From an uncultured Acidobacteriota bacterium (lineage in GTDB: Bacteria > Acidobacteriota > Vicinamibacteria > Vicinamibacterales > 2-12-FULL-66-21), in NCBI GenBank assembly GCA_963804245.1, contig CAWDPQ010000004.1, positions 4,915 to 68,914 of the forward strand: DNA of 64,000 nucleotides. The letters run 5' to 3'. Positions within the stretch are counted from its first letter, which is position 1. Each line of letters opens with the position of its first letter. This document shows positions 1-9,415 of this stretch, in pieces. The position numbers and the translations under genes were made by a program. The notes under the pieces are model-generated. The model saw only the letters and a list, made by a program, of their open reading frames with translations. It was not told the origin of the DNA and did no database searches.

Positions 1-589
1 GGTCGCGATAGAAGAGAAGATAGGGCGGGTTCATCACCCAGACGCCGCCCCGTCCCGTCAACACACTGGTCGTGATGTTGAGACCCGTGATGACATCCTT
101 GTGCGAGTCGAACACACCATCGCCGTCGGTATCCTCGAGAACCGTGATTTTGTCCGCGCCGCGGACATGGTTGGGTGGCGCCGGCGGCACGCCGGTGTAA
201 CGAGCTCGCAGGTATTGATCGTATGAGGAGACGGCGAGGCCGGCCGGAAACGGGTACTGCAGGTACTGCACGACCCACAGCCGTCCGCGCTCGTCGAAGT
301 GCAAGTCGATCGGTTGGCGGATGACCGGCTCCGATGCGACCAGTTCCATGGTCAGGCCGCCGCTGGTCTTGAACGCGCGAAGGGCCTCGTCTGGCCGCGA
401 TGCCGTGTCGCCCTGCACCCAGTTCGTCAGCTTGTCGCCGCCCGTCTTGAGGTAGATCGCGACGAACTCATCGACTTCAGGAGTGAACGGCTTTGGCTTC
501 GCCTGCTGAGCGGCAGGCGAACTGCAACCGGCGGCGAGCGCCGCCATCGCCACGCCACCCATCAACCAAGTCGTCGCGGAGAAGCGCAT
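1..589 (-). CDS. Membrane-bound dehydrogenase-domain lipoprotein (PVC/Acidobacteria type). N-terminal part only; the gene runs off the left edge.
   Basis: Own translation of the minus strand from the ATG at 587-589: MRFSATTWLMGGVAMAALAAGCSS (lipobox) ...GGLTMELVASEPVIRQPIDLHFDERGRLWVVQYLQYP...EDTDGDGVFD. It is absent from the ORF track because no stop lies inside the window. Confidence 0.6.
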   Translation of the reverse strand, partial: MRFSATTWLMGGVAMAALAAGCSSPAAQQAKPKPFTPEVDEFVAIYLKTGGDKLTNWVQGDTASRPDEALRAFKTSGGLTMELVASEPVIRQPIDLHFDERGRLWVVQYLQYPFPAGLAVSSYDQYLRARYTGVPPAPPNHVRGADKITVLEDTDGDGVFDSHKDVITGLNITTSVLTGRGGVWVMNPPYLLFYRD

Positions 590-717
590 GAGCGACAAGT
601 CTACCCGCGCAGCAGGGAAGGCATCGCGGGTGGGGTAGAACCGCTCGTCCAGGTCGTTGCTACGCGAGAGATGCTTTATCTATACAAAAGCGAACTAACT
701 GTGATATCACTCGCCAC

Positions 718-1044
718 ATGAAGGGCGAGCGACTCGGCGAGTTCGAGGAATTCACGCTCCTGGCGGTGCGTGCTCTGGGCGATCACACCTACGCCGTCCC
801 GGTGCAGCAGTTCGTGGAAGATGCCACGGGGCGCAACGTCTCTCTCGGCGCGGTGTACGCAGCGCTCGCGCGCCTCGAGAGCAAAGGCTTCGTGCGTTCC
901 TCGATGGCGGCGGCCACCGCGCGGCGCGGCGGTAAGTCCAGGCGCCTGTACGAGGTGACCTCGCTCGGCCTGCGGACCGCACGTGAGCTACACCGTGTGC
1001 GGCAGGAGATCTGGACGACGATTGCGGAAGGCCGTCAGGCATGA
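718..1044 (+). CDS. PadR-family transcriptional regulator
   Basis: 108 aa ORF with a winged-helix PadR pattern (GAVYAALARLESKGFV...RRLYEVTSLG). Its stop overlaps the start of the downstream permease (ATGA at 1041-1044). Confidence 0.85.
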   Translation: MKGERLGEFEEFTLLAVRALGDHTYAVPVQQFVEDATGRNVSLGAVYAALARLESKGFVRSSMAAATARRGGKSRRLYEVTSLGLRTARELHRVRQEIWTTIAEGRQA

Positions 1045-3742
1045 TCCCTGATGCACCTCCGCGCATCGCCCGCTTCCTCCTTCGCATGCTTCCGCTCGGC
1101 GAGCGCCGCGCGGATATCGAGGACGACCTGATGGAGCTGTTCGACTCGCGCACGGCCAGCCGAGGAGCTCGATACGCCCGGCGGCGGTATTTCGGCGACG
1201 TGCTGAGCCTCTGGCGAGACGGCCGTCGAAGCGAGCCACGTCTGCCTCGACACGCGGAGTCCAAGCGACCTTCGCGATTCACCCCGATGGAAGTGGTGCA
1301 AGACCTGACGTACGCGGCCCGGCTACTGCGTCGCAGTCCCGCCGTCGGTACTGATGACGATCGTGGGGCTCGCCCTGGCAATCAGCGTCGGCACTTCCAT
1401 GTTCAGCATTCTGAACATCATTGCGTTTCGTTCAACAGGCATTCGCGATTCGTCGGCGCTCGTCAGCGTCATGAGGGCGTACCGAAACGGGACCGGCAAC
1501 GCGTGGAGCCATGCCGAGGTACTTGCAGATCCGTGACCACTCCAGGACCGTCAAGGTGGAAGCAGCGCTTCGCGATGGGGCTTCCGTCAGCACCAGCCGC
1601 GAAAGTGACGCCGAGCAGGGGGCCGCTCTGTTGCTCGTGAGCGGCGGCTATCTCGCGATGATGAACCCGCGCGTATCCGTTGGACGGATCCTCGCGCCCG
1701 CCGACGATGAGCCGGGGGCTCAGTCCGTAGTGGTCGTCAACCACGCATGGTGGTCGCGCGCGCTCGCCGCGGATCCCTCAATCGTGGGCCGTTCGGTCTG
1801 GCTGAACGGGAAACCGTTCGTCATTGTCGGCGTGACCGAGCGCGGGTTTTCGGGGACGGCAGATACTCCACCGGCCATGTGGACCACGCTCGCGAACTAT
1901 CACGTGCTGCACGGGGGACCGCCCCTCGACCGTCGGTCTTCCACATCGGTGAGCCTCGCCTCGCGACTTTCGCCGGGCATTCCGATCGCGCAGGCCGAAG
2001 CGGAGCTCACGTCGATCGTCCAATTTGCAGGGTTGGGCCGAGCTGAGCTCGTCGACCCGACCCGGCCAACCCGCCCGGGTTCGCGAGGCGACTATGCGCG
2101 CGCGCCTGCGGAAACGGTGACCGGCGTCCGGCTACTTCCATTTGCGACTCGAGCCGGCAAGAATGCCGGTCAAATCGCTCTGATCGTCGTGGTCGTGCTG
2201 ACAGCGATCGGGCTCGTGCTCGTCCTGGCATGCGCAAATGTCACGAACCTGCTGCTGGCGAGCGCAATCGCACGACGGACGGAAATCGGTTTGCGAATCG
2301 CTCTCGGTGCGCGTCGGGCACGTATCGTTCGTCAGCTCCTGACCGAAAGTCTGTCACTCGGCTTGATCGCTGGAGCGCTGGGCCTGCTGTTCACCGTGTG
2401 GCTGTTGCCGATCCTGGCTGGCGTGGTCGGCGTTCCCGATACATTCGACGTCAGGCCCGATGGCCGCGCCTACGCGTTTCTCTGTGTCATCTCGATCCTC
2501 GGCGGCCTCGGCGCCGGGCTTGCCCCATCGAAAGGCGCCCTGCGAGAGGCGCGTTGGCCGACAAAGGGCGGAGGCGCGTCGAGCAGCCATTCGACAGGAT
2601 CGAGGCGACAACGCGCCGTTCTCGTCGGCGCACAGGCGGCCTCTTCGATGGTGCTGCTCGTCCTGGCTGCGCTGCTGGCCCGCGGCGCCGCGCATGCCGC
2701 GCGCCTCGACATCGGTTTCGACGCATCGGCACTGATGACCATCAGCCCCGCGTTCGGACGTGGCACGTACGATGACGCACGCGCACAGGCGTACTGGGAT
2801 CGTGCGCTCGAGCAGGTGCGGGAGCTTCCAGGGGTGCAGTCGACGGCACTCGCCGAGGTCCCGCCGTTCTCTGGCAGCAGCAGGGTCACGATTTTCAGGC
2901 TTGCCGGAGGCCGCTACACGATCAATCACAATGACACCCAGGCCCAGTACTTTGAGACGCTGGGATTGCATGTGCGTGCCGGCCGCACTTACACGCCGGC
3001 CGAAGTCTCAGCGCGAGCGCCGGTGGCGGTCATCAGCGAGGCGCTCGCCCGCGATTTCTTCCCGGGCGAGACCCCGGTTGGACAGTCGCTCGGGCGCATC
3101 GTGGAAGGGTCTCAGGCGACAATCATCGGCGTGGTCTCCAACGCGATAACGGCGCGCCTGCGCGACCCGCGAGCGGCGGCCGTCTATCAGCCGATGCACG
3201 ACGCACTGGCGGCGAGAATGATCATACGCAGCAGCGTCCCCTCGGACGCACTGATTCAATCGCTGCAGAGCACCTTCCTGTCGATCGATTCCGGTGTTCG
3301 CGTTGGCATCACAAAGGTGAGCGACGGTCTCGACAGACAGCTCGCGGAACCCAGAGCGCTGTCCACAATGGCCGGCCTCCTGGCCGCTGTGGCGTTGGCC
3401 CTCGCGCTGGTCGGCTTGTATGGCGTCACGGCATTCGTCACCGGACAGCGCCGGCAGGAGATCAGCGTCCGGATGGCTCTTGGGGCAAGCAGCAGTGATG
3501 TCATGCGCCTCCTCGTGCGCGACAGCTTGCGCCCGGTACTGTATGGTCTGGCCGCAGGCGCTTTTGCCGCGGCCCTGGGCAGCCGCGTCCTGACCGGCGT
3601 GCTCTACGGCCTCTCTCCCGCCGATCCCCTTACGTTCGGAGGCGCGCTGATTGTCTTGCTGGCTGCATCAACCGCCGCCATTCTCCTGCCTACATGGCGT
3701 GCGTCGGCAGTCGATCCGGTCGCCGTGTTGAGGGAGATCTAG
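1041..3742 (+). pseudogene. ADOP-type duplicated FtsX/MacB-like permease, interrupted by two +1 frameshifts
   Basis: One protein is spread over three frames. Frame 1: 1041 to about 1345 (..VQDLTYAARLLRRSPAV). Frame 2: 1354 to about 1515 (MTIVGLALAISVGTSMFSILN, the first TM expected right after the RSP motif). Frame 3: 1511-3742 (periplasmic domain, FtsX bundle, second periplasmic domain, second FtsX bundle, ..AVDPVAVLREI). The intact paralog at 34928-37657 shows the uninterrupted architecture. Confidence 0.8.
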
Positions 3743-3773
3743 TGGGCCGAGGTATTATTCCTCCCGCCCAGGA

Positions 3774-4700
3774 ATGGCTGAGCGCGTCGAAGCTCGATCG
3801 ATCCGTGACATATTTGCTTCTGCCCGAGCGGCGAAGCGCCCCGTGGTGTCACTCGAGTTCTTCCCCCCGAAGGATGAAAACGGGGAGCACACGCTTCTCG
3901 AAAAGACGATTCCTGCGTTACGACAGCTCCAGCCGGACTTTTGTTCGGTGACCTGCGGTGCTGGCGGAAACACGAGCGCTTACAGCAGGACGCTCCAGAC
4001 CGTCGACCGGATTCAGCGCGAGCATCAGTTCACGGCAATGGCGCACCTCACGTGCGTGAACAGGACACGGGATCTGGTGGCCGACATTCTGAAGGAAGCC
4101 CGCGAGCTCGGGATCAGAAACATCCTCGCACTTCGCGGAGATCCACCGAAGGGCGACACCGAACCGGTGGCACAGGGCAGCGGCTTCGACTACTCCTACC
4201 AGTTGGTCCGGTTCATCCGCGACACGGACTCATTTTCAATCGGCGTCGCCGGCTTCCCTGAAGGACATACCGCGTGCAGCGAGGGACGAGAGACGGACTG
4301 GGAGAGGCTGAAGAAGAAGATCGACTGCGGAGCCGACTTCGTGATCACTCAACTGTTTTTCCAGAACCGTGACTATTTCGAGCTTCGTGACTTCCTGGCC
4401 CGTCGCGGTGTCACGACGCCAATCGTTCCTGGAATCTTCCCCGTCCTCAGCAGCCGCCAGATCAACGGGTTCGTCACGACGTGCGGAGCCAAGAAGCCGC
4501 GTGAGCTTGAATCGGCGCTGCGCGAGTACGGTGACGACGATGACGCCGTCACCCAGTGGGGCATCGACTACGCCACACGGCAGTGTGACGAGCTCCTGCG
4601 TGGCGGCGCGCCGGGCCTTCATTTCTATACCCTCAACCGGGCGAGATCTACGGTCGAGGTCGTCAGAAGCCTCGCGCTGGCGGCAATCGGCAAAAGCTAA
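3774..4700 (+). CDS. metF: 5,10-methylenetetrahydrofolate reductase
   Basis: 308 aa with typical MetF blocks: SLEFFPPK, CSVTCGAGG, HLTC, ALRGDPP, GFPEGH, ADFVITQLFF, GLHFYTLN. Confidence 0.9.
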   Translation: MAERVEARSIRDIFASARAAKRPVVSLEFFPPKDENGEHTLLEKTIPALRQLQPDFCSVTCGAGGNTSAYSRTLQTVDRIQREHQFTAMAHLTCVNRTRDLVADILKEARELGIRNILALRGDPPKGDTEPVAQGSGFDYSYQLVRFIRDTDSFSIGVAGFPEGHTACSEGRETDWERLKKKIDCGADFVITQLFFQNRDYFELRDFLARRGVTTPIVPGIFPVLSSRQINGFVTTCGAKKPRELESALREYGDDDDAVTQWGIDYATRQCDELLRGGAPGLHFYTLNRARSTVEVVRSLALAAIGKS

Positions 4701-6421
4701 TGAACTGGACCGAGCCAGTTTCGCAATGCATGCTCGTGCAACAGGCTCACCACCGGCAACCTGGCGCAAGGGCGCGGTCCTGCAGCGATAGTCGAAGTGG
4801 CGCGCAGGACTCGGTGAAACCCGACCGGCTCTACAAAATCTTCGTTTCCCCGGAGCTCACAAATCCGCACCGCTCGAGCAGACGGTGCGATCTCCTCCAC
4901 CGTCGAGTCGAGCTTCGAAGCCGCGCCGAGGAGATCGTCGGGCAGCACTGGGTACCAGTCGCGGCGCGTGCGATCGAGCAGGCCTGCCGTATCGAACGGT
5001 TCGATCGCCCGGTCGATGCGATCCAGCAGGGCGTCGCGGGTGCGACCGTGCGGCGATGCCATCGCCAGCGCCGCGCACGCCCGAAGCTCGGGGCCGAATC
5101 TCGAATGGGCGTGAAGAAGAAATCCTGGCGCCAGCGCTGACCTTCCGAGCCTGCGTGCGGCCTCGTTGAAGCTCGCAGCAGCGAAATACAAGAGCGAGAG
5201 TCGCTTGAACAGCGGAACGTCGGACATGTTCAAGTACAGCGCGGCGACCAGCTGCTCGGTCGCGTCCAGTTCGAGCTGCGTGACCTGCGCATAAACCCTG
5301 AGAGCCGTTTCGCGCTCGGACCCTTCAGACGTGTGTTCCAGCAGCTCCAGCAGCCGCCCAATGCCGAGCAGCGTCAGCGGAAATCCGGTCGAGAGCAGCG
5401 GGTCGATCACTCCCGCCGCCGACGGCAGCATCGCCCATTTGTCGCCCCACACCACACGGGTACGAAATGCCACGCGAGGCGCGTGCACGAACGGATGCAC
5501 GACCTGAGCTTCGCAGAACTGGTCTCGCACCGACGGCAAGGTCGCCAGCAGCCGCTCCCAGGCTGCCGTCCCGTCGCCGGCATGCACCGTCTGCGCCACG
5601 GGATCTGTCAGCGCCGCCCCTGCGCTCGTGATCCCGTTATTGAACCGCAGCACCCAGATCCATCCACCAGGGAAAACATGATGAAGTGCCGCGTCGTCGG
5701 GCGGATACGGTGGCGTCTCATCGGGCGGCATCAACCGATCCCATCGCGCGACATTTTCGAAGTGCGCGTAGAGACCCTGCGTGGGCGGCAGCCAGCGGAG
5801 CGGAGGGTCATCGAGGCCGAGCGCCCGGTGCAGGAATCCGCGCGGTCCGCTGGCGTCGACCACGAACGGCGCCGCGATGCGGACGGAGCGGCCATTCCGG
5901 GTCCCTTCGAGCACCGCGCGGGTGCCATCGTCACGGATGCGCTCGAGGCGCGTCTCGTCGAGATAGATGGTCCCTTCGGATTCGGCCTCGTGCGCGAGCG
6001 CCTGATCGAAGTCCGGTCGGTACCAATGCGTGTCGCCGACCTCGTCGCGCGGGCTGGCCGCGACCAGGAGCTGGCGTCCGTGCTCGCGATCGTCGGTAAA
6101 CGGTTCACCAGGACGGTGGAAGAAGAAGGTGAAACCGCGCTTCAAGCCTCCGGCGACCTCCGGCCGTGCGCGCTGCCAGGTTCCCCATTTCGAGAACGGA
6201 CGAATTCGCGGCAATTCATATCGATCGGCCAGCTCTTCGAGCAACAGGTTGGCCAGGGGAGTGGACGACTCGCCGATGGCGAATCGCGGATGGCGACCGC
6301 GCTCGATCATCGCCACACGCCGGCCGCGACGCGTCAGCGCGAGGGAGACGAGCGAGCCGGCGAACCCGGAACCGATCACTGCCACGTCAGTGTCGACGTG
6401 TTCGATCGGTGTAATGGTCAT
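4697..6421 (-). CDS. FAD-dependent oxidoreductase, flavin-halogenase-like fold
   Basis: Dinucleotide-binding VAVIGSGFAGS, then FAIGESSTP, then GGWIWVLRF, which resembles the WxWxIP motif of flavin halogenases. The start was chosen at the ATG at 6421 (MTITPIEHV) because it gives an ATGA overlap with the stop of the upstream radical-SAM gene. The last 60-70 aa look low quality, so the C-terminus is uncertain. Confidence 0.7.
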   Translation of the reverse strand: MTITPIEHVDTDVAVIGSGFAGSLVSLALTRRGRRVAMIERGRHPRFAIGESSTPLANLLLEELADRYELPRIRPFSKWGTWQRARPEVAGGLKRGFTFFFHRPGEPFTDDREHGRQLLVAASPRDEVGDTHWYRPDFDQALAHEAESEGTIYLDETRLERIRDDGTRAVLEGTRNGRSVRIAAPFVVDASGPRGFLHRALGLDDPPLRWLPPTQGLYAHFENVARWDRLMPPDETPPYPPDDAALHHVFPGGWIWVLRFNNGITSAGAALTDPVAQTVHAGDGTAAWERLLATLPSVRDQFCEAQVVHPFVHAPRVAFRTRVVWGDKWAMLPSAAGVIDPLLSTGFPLTLLGIGRLLELLEHTSEGSERETALRVYAQVTQLELDATEQLVAALYLNMSDVPLFKRLSLLYFAAASFNEAARRLGRSALAPGFLLHAHSRFGPELRACAALAMASPHGRTRDALLDRIDRAIEPFDTAGLLDRTRRDWYPVLPDDLLGAASKLDSTVEEIAPSARAVRICELRGNEDFVEPVGFHRVLRATSTIAAGPRPCARLPVVSLLHEHALRNWLGPVH

Positions 6422-7452
6422 GAAGTCACGCCGAAGCCACACACGGTACACGAAGGCCGCGATAAGAACCGTTGTTCGAGATTGATCGCGTGAAGGCGCG
6501 CGCGCCGCGCCTCGAAACAGTGCGGGCAGGCAGAACAGCGCCGAAGGTCCCAGAGATCGACGAAGATCCGGCCGCGATCAGGACGCACGGCAAGCGCCGA
6601 CTCGATGCTGCGCTCGACGTCCTCGAGCCGTGGCGCCCGAAAAGTCCCTTCCGCAGCCAGGGCCTCCAGTGCTCCGTTGCCCGACCGGGTCGGAATGAGC
6701 GATACCACCGAGGCGCCGCAGGAGAATGCGACATCGATCGATCGCTGCAGCCAATCGTCCTGCTGGACGGCCGGGACAAACGGCGGCGAGATGAGAAGAA
6801 AGGCGCGCACCGACGCTCCGCGCCGCCGCAGTTGTTCACACGCGAGAGCGAACTCATCGACCGTCATTCGCTTGTTCAAGCGATCGAGGGCGTCAGGGTG
6901 CACGGTCTCCAGGCCCATCGCGACTTCGAGTTGAATGGCCGCCGCGCCCACGGCGCAGTGACGATTCAATGCCTCGAGAAACAAATCGACACGGCAGCCG
7001 ACGAGTGCCGGATGCGATTCGACGACCACACGCTCGAGCCCCGCAATGTGGGCGGCCACGCCGTCATAATCCTCTTCAGGGAGGGCGCGAGGATCGAAGA
7101 AGCTCCCCGCGTTATAGAGCTTCAGCTGGCTGATGACCTCGGACCGCCCGCGTAGCTGATCGCGGGCGGCTGCGATCTGCGTTGGAATGGCACCTCGAGG
7201 AGTATCTCCCGCGATCGTGTATTGCCACAGATCGCACATCACGCACCGCCAGGGGCACTCCCGCCCCGTCAGAAAGACAGTCGCTGCGCGAGCGGTACGC
7301 CCATCGGCCGTGCGCTCATCCTCGACGATGATGCCTTGATGGTGCCAGGGGTCATGGAGCGGTCTGGGTTCCCGCCGATCGAGGATGAAGCGGTCGCGTT
7401 CGGTCGCGCCAACAGGATACATGTGCATTGGAGTGCGCGCGGGTCCCCGCAC
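6418..7452 (-). CDS. Radical SAM enzyme (small ELP3/RaSEA-like type) with a C-terminal Cys cluster
   Basis: CX3CX2C motif in FLTGRECPWRCVMCDLW, followed by KLYNAGSFFD and VVVESHP blocks. The C-terminus has CSACPHC...CTVCGF. The GTG start at 7452 directly abuts the stop of the upstream gene (7453). Confidence 0.75.
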   Translation of the reverse strand: MRGPARTPMHMYPVGATERDRFILDRREPRPLHDPWHHQGIIVEDERTADGRTARAATVFLTGRECPWRCVMCDLWQYTIAGDTPRGAIPTQIAAARDQLRGRSEVISQLKLYNAGSFFDPRALPEEDYDGVAAHIAGLERVVVESHPALVGCRVDLFLEALNRHCAVGAAAIQLEVAMGLETVHPDALDRLNKRMTVDEFALACEQLRRRGASVRAFLLISPPFVPAVQQDDWLQRSIDVAFSCGASVVSLIPTRSGNGALEALAAEGTFRAPRLEDVERSIESALAVRPDRGRIFVDLWDLRRCSACPHCFEARRARLHAINLEQRFLSRPSCTVCGFGVTS

Positions 7453-8826
7453 TCATTGCGCTACGGACGCCGACGGTCGCGTCGTTGACGACACGGTGGA
7501 GTAGAGGCTGTCAAATGTCCGGCGGTAGCCGCTCTCGTCCTGACCGATACGGAGGTGCAGAGTCTCAGCCGGCACCGCGCCGTGCTGAAAGCGCCGCTTC
7601 GGAAACACTGGCATGTCGAAACCGGTGATCGCTTTGACGCCACGCTGCACGATTTCTCCTTTGAGCGCGTAGAGTGACAGCACGTCGTACTGCGTCAGCC
7701 TCGCGAACGGAATTGCCTCAGCCACTTCGATCACGTTCGGCTGCGTGTACGGGCTGAAGCCGGCAAACCCATAGCGCTGGCCGGGCGCGTAGGTGCGCAC
7801 ATAGCTCCGGCTCAATCCGCCACTGTACGTGAGTGAATGTTTGATGCGTCCGACGCCCCATCCCTCCTGATACAGCATGAGATTGTCGATGACGCTACGG
7901 ATTGTGAGCTCGGGATTCTCTTCGATCGGATAGTCCTTGAGGTTTTCGTCGCCCCCGTCCCCATCGGCCAGGTGGCGCCAGTCCGGATACCGGTCGCGAA
8001 TGCCTTCGCAGAGCCGCAGGCCCATCGCTGCGCATTCGACGTCGAGCGGCTTATAGTCCTCGAGCACCCGCACGGTCTCCTCGACATCGAGATCGTCGGC
8101 TGTTGCGTCGATCTCCTCGAGGAACAGCGAGAGTCCGACCGCGGAAAGGAACTCGCGCGCCTGATGCACGTCCGGGCCGTCACCGAGACTCAGCACGAAT
8201 GCCTTGAGCCTCGCCGGCGACATGCCGAGGCGCAGCATGGCCTGATGGGTGACGAGGAACACGGATCCGCTGTCGATGCCACCGGAAAAGGCGATCCCGA
8301 TCGGTTCTGGCCGTGACGCGCGAGTCTCGATGCCGCGCAGCCATTTCACGATCTCGTCGGCGAGCGCGCCGACATACCTCCGGCCGATCTCATCGAGGTC
8401 CGCAGGGAGGGTGTCCCTCTGCGGCGTGAAGAAACGGGTGTAGGTCGGATCTGGATCGGGGCACCCCACGAGTGCGAGGTCGACCACGTAGTGGGCCGGC
8501 ACCATGCGCGTGTAGCTCGGGTGGAACTGATTGGCCAGACCGTCGTTCGCAAGCGCCTGATGCAGAGTGTCGATGCGATCCGCCACATACAGCGCCGGGC
8601 CTTCCTGACGTTTGGCCAGGAAGTAGCGCATCGGGCGATCCATTGAGCGTGCCAGGCGGACGGCGATCCCTTCGGCGGCGACAAGGGCGAACGATCCGTC
8701 GATGGCGCGGATGGCGACCGGGTCGCCGGTGAGCACGCGGCGGCGTGCTGCTTCCACGTCCATGTTCGAGATTCGATTCAGCGACGGGTCCAGCAGGTCG
8801 ACCACACGGCTGATCGGATGACGCAT
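7453..8826 (-). CDS. Asparagine-synthetase-like ATP pyrophosphatase lacking the N-terminal Cys nucleophile
   Basis: 457 aa with a PP-loop (AFSGGIDSGSV). The N-terminus is MRHPIS.., so there is no Cys2 for glutamine hydrolysis. It is the first gene of a 3-gene coupled operon. Confidence 0.8.
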   Translation of the reverse strand: MRHPISRVVDLLDPSLNRISNMDVEAARRRVLTGDPVAIRAIDGSFALVAAEGIAVRLARSMDRPMRYFLAKRQEGPALYVADRIDTLHQALANDGLANQFHPSYTRMVPAHYVVDLALVGCPDPDPTYTRFFTPQRDTLPADLDEIGRRYVGALADEIVKWLRGIETRASRPEPIGIAFSGGIDSGSVFLVTHQAMLRLGMSPARLKAFVLSLGDGPDVHQAREFLSAVGLSLFLEEIDATADDLDVEETVRVLEDYKPLDVECAAMGLRLCEGIRDRYPDWRHLADGDGGDENLKDYPIEENPELTIRSVIDNLMLYQEGWGVGRIKHSLTYSGGLSRSYVRTYAPGQRYGFAGFSPYTQPNVIEVAEAIPFARLTQYDVLSLYALKGEIVQRGVKAITGFDMPVFPKRRFQHGAVPAETLHLRIGQDESGYRRTFDSLYSTVSSTTRPSASVAQ

Positions 8827-8832
8827 GGCCGG

Positions 8833-8861
8833 ATTGTCGGGTACTTGTCAGGCGGAATCAA
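8833..8861 (-). promoter_or_regulatory. Candidate sigma70-type promoter TTGATT-N17-GACAAT for the 3-gene operon, placed for a leaderless transcript
   Basis: The minus strand reads TTGATT ccgcctgacaagtaccc GACAAT ccggcc ATG. The -10 hexamer ends 6 nt before the start codon at 8826, and no Shine-Dalgarno sequence is visible. Confidence 0.35.
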
Positions 8862-9067
8862 GAAACCTGACCGGGCTTCTTGCTGACCTCGTCGGAGTGA
8901 TCAAGCGCAGCACGTCCTTCCATTCCGCCGACTGGCCGATTGCGGGGGGCCGGCCACCGTCGCGCCCGCTCGCAACCGATTGGATGCACGCGTCGAGCCG
9001 ATCCGCGCGCGCGCGCTTCGCCCTGCTCCCGTTCTGCGTTGGCTCTGCTATCTATATCTCGACGCGC

Positions 9068-9340
9068 CCGGCAGAGCTAATCGTCACGAAGGGCCCGATG
9101 GTCTGCCCCATCCAGGGGACGTCGCTGGAGTACGCTGTGAACACCACCGCAGATGTGTTCAGGGAGCCAACCGATCACGAGCTCTACCTGCTGACCTCCG
9201 GCCGGTGGCTCGGTTCGTGGAGAACCGAGGGTCCGTGGCAGTTCGTGGCCAGTCGCGATCTGCCCGCCGACTTCGCGCGCATTCCAGACGGCACGCCGCA
9301 GGCGAAGGTCAAGGCTTCCATCGCCGGCGGGCGTCACTGA
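9068..9340 (+). pseudogene. Isolated fragment of a repeated-module secreted protein (remnant)
   Basis: The tail of ORF 8825-9340 reads PAELIVTKGPMVCPIQGTSLEYAVNTTADVF...YLLTSGRWLGSWRTEGPWQFVASRDLPADFARIP. This is protein-like, but it is preceded by non-coding-looking Arg/Ser-rich sequence and has no plausible start or signal peptide. Confidence 0.3.
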
Positions 9341-9415
9341 TCCGTGCGGTGTCGAGGAGGCGTGCAAGGAAAGGGTTCAAAACCACCAGGCGGTGAAACA
9401 TAGGAGGCGGTTGCC

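Noticed and set aside
4697-4900. A possible additional frameshift in the C-terminal tail of the flavoprotein (the tail overlaps the metF stop and looks low-complexity).
   Set aside because: Alternative frames terminate quickly and give no better C-terminus. This cannot be decided without homologues, so the ORF was left as given.
5333-6493. Long ORFs antisense to or overlapping well-supported genes. Examples: 752-1381(-), 5333-6493(+), 10083-10886(+), 19392-20702(+), 24665-25609(+), 39..40 kb(+), 46044-46823(+), 52489-53733(-), 59259-60323(+), 61085-62269(+).
   Set aside because: Their translations are Arg/Pro/Gly/Ala-rich with no recognisable motifs. They lie opposite frames that carry clear family signatures. 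Such shadow ORFs are expected in high-GC DNA.
8858-8923. A 21-codon minus-strand ORF (MEGRAALDHSDEVSKKPGQVS) upstream of the radical-SAM operon, considered as a RiPP precursor peptide.
   Set aside because: It has weak third-position GC bias, no Cys/Ser/Thr-rich core, overlaps the putative -35 element and has no supporting conservation. It cannot be supported from sequence alone.
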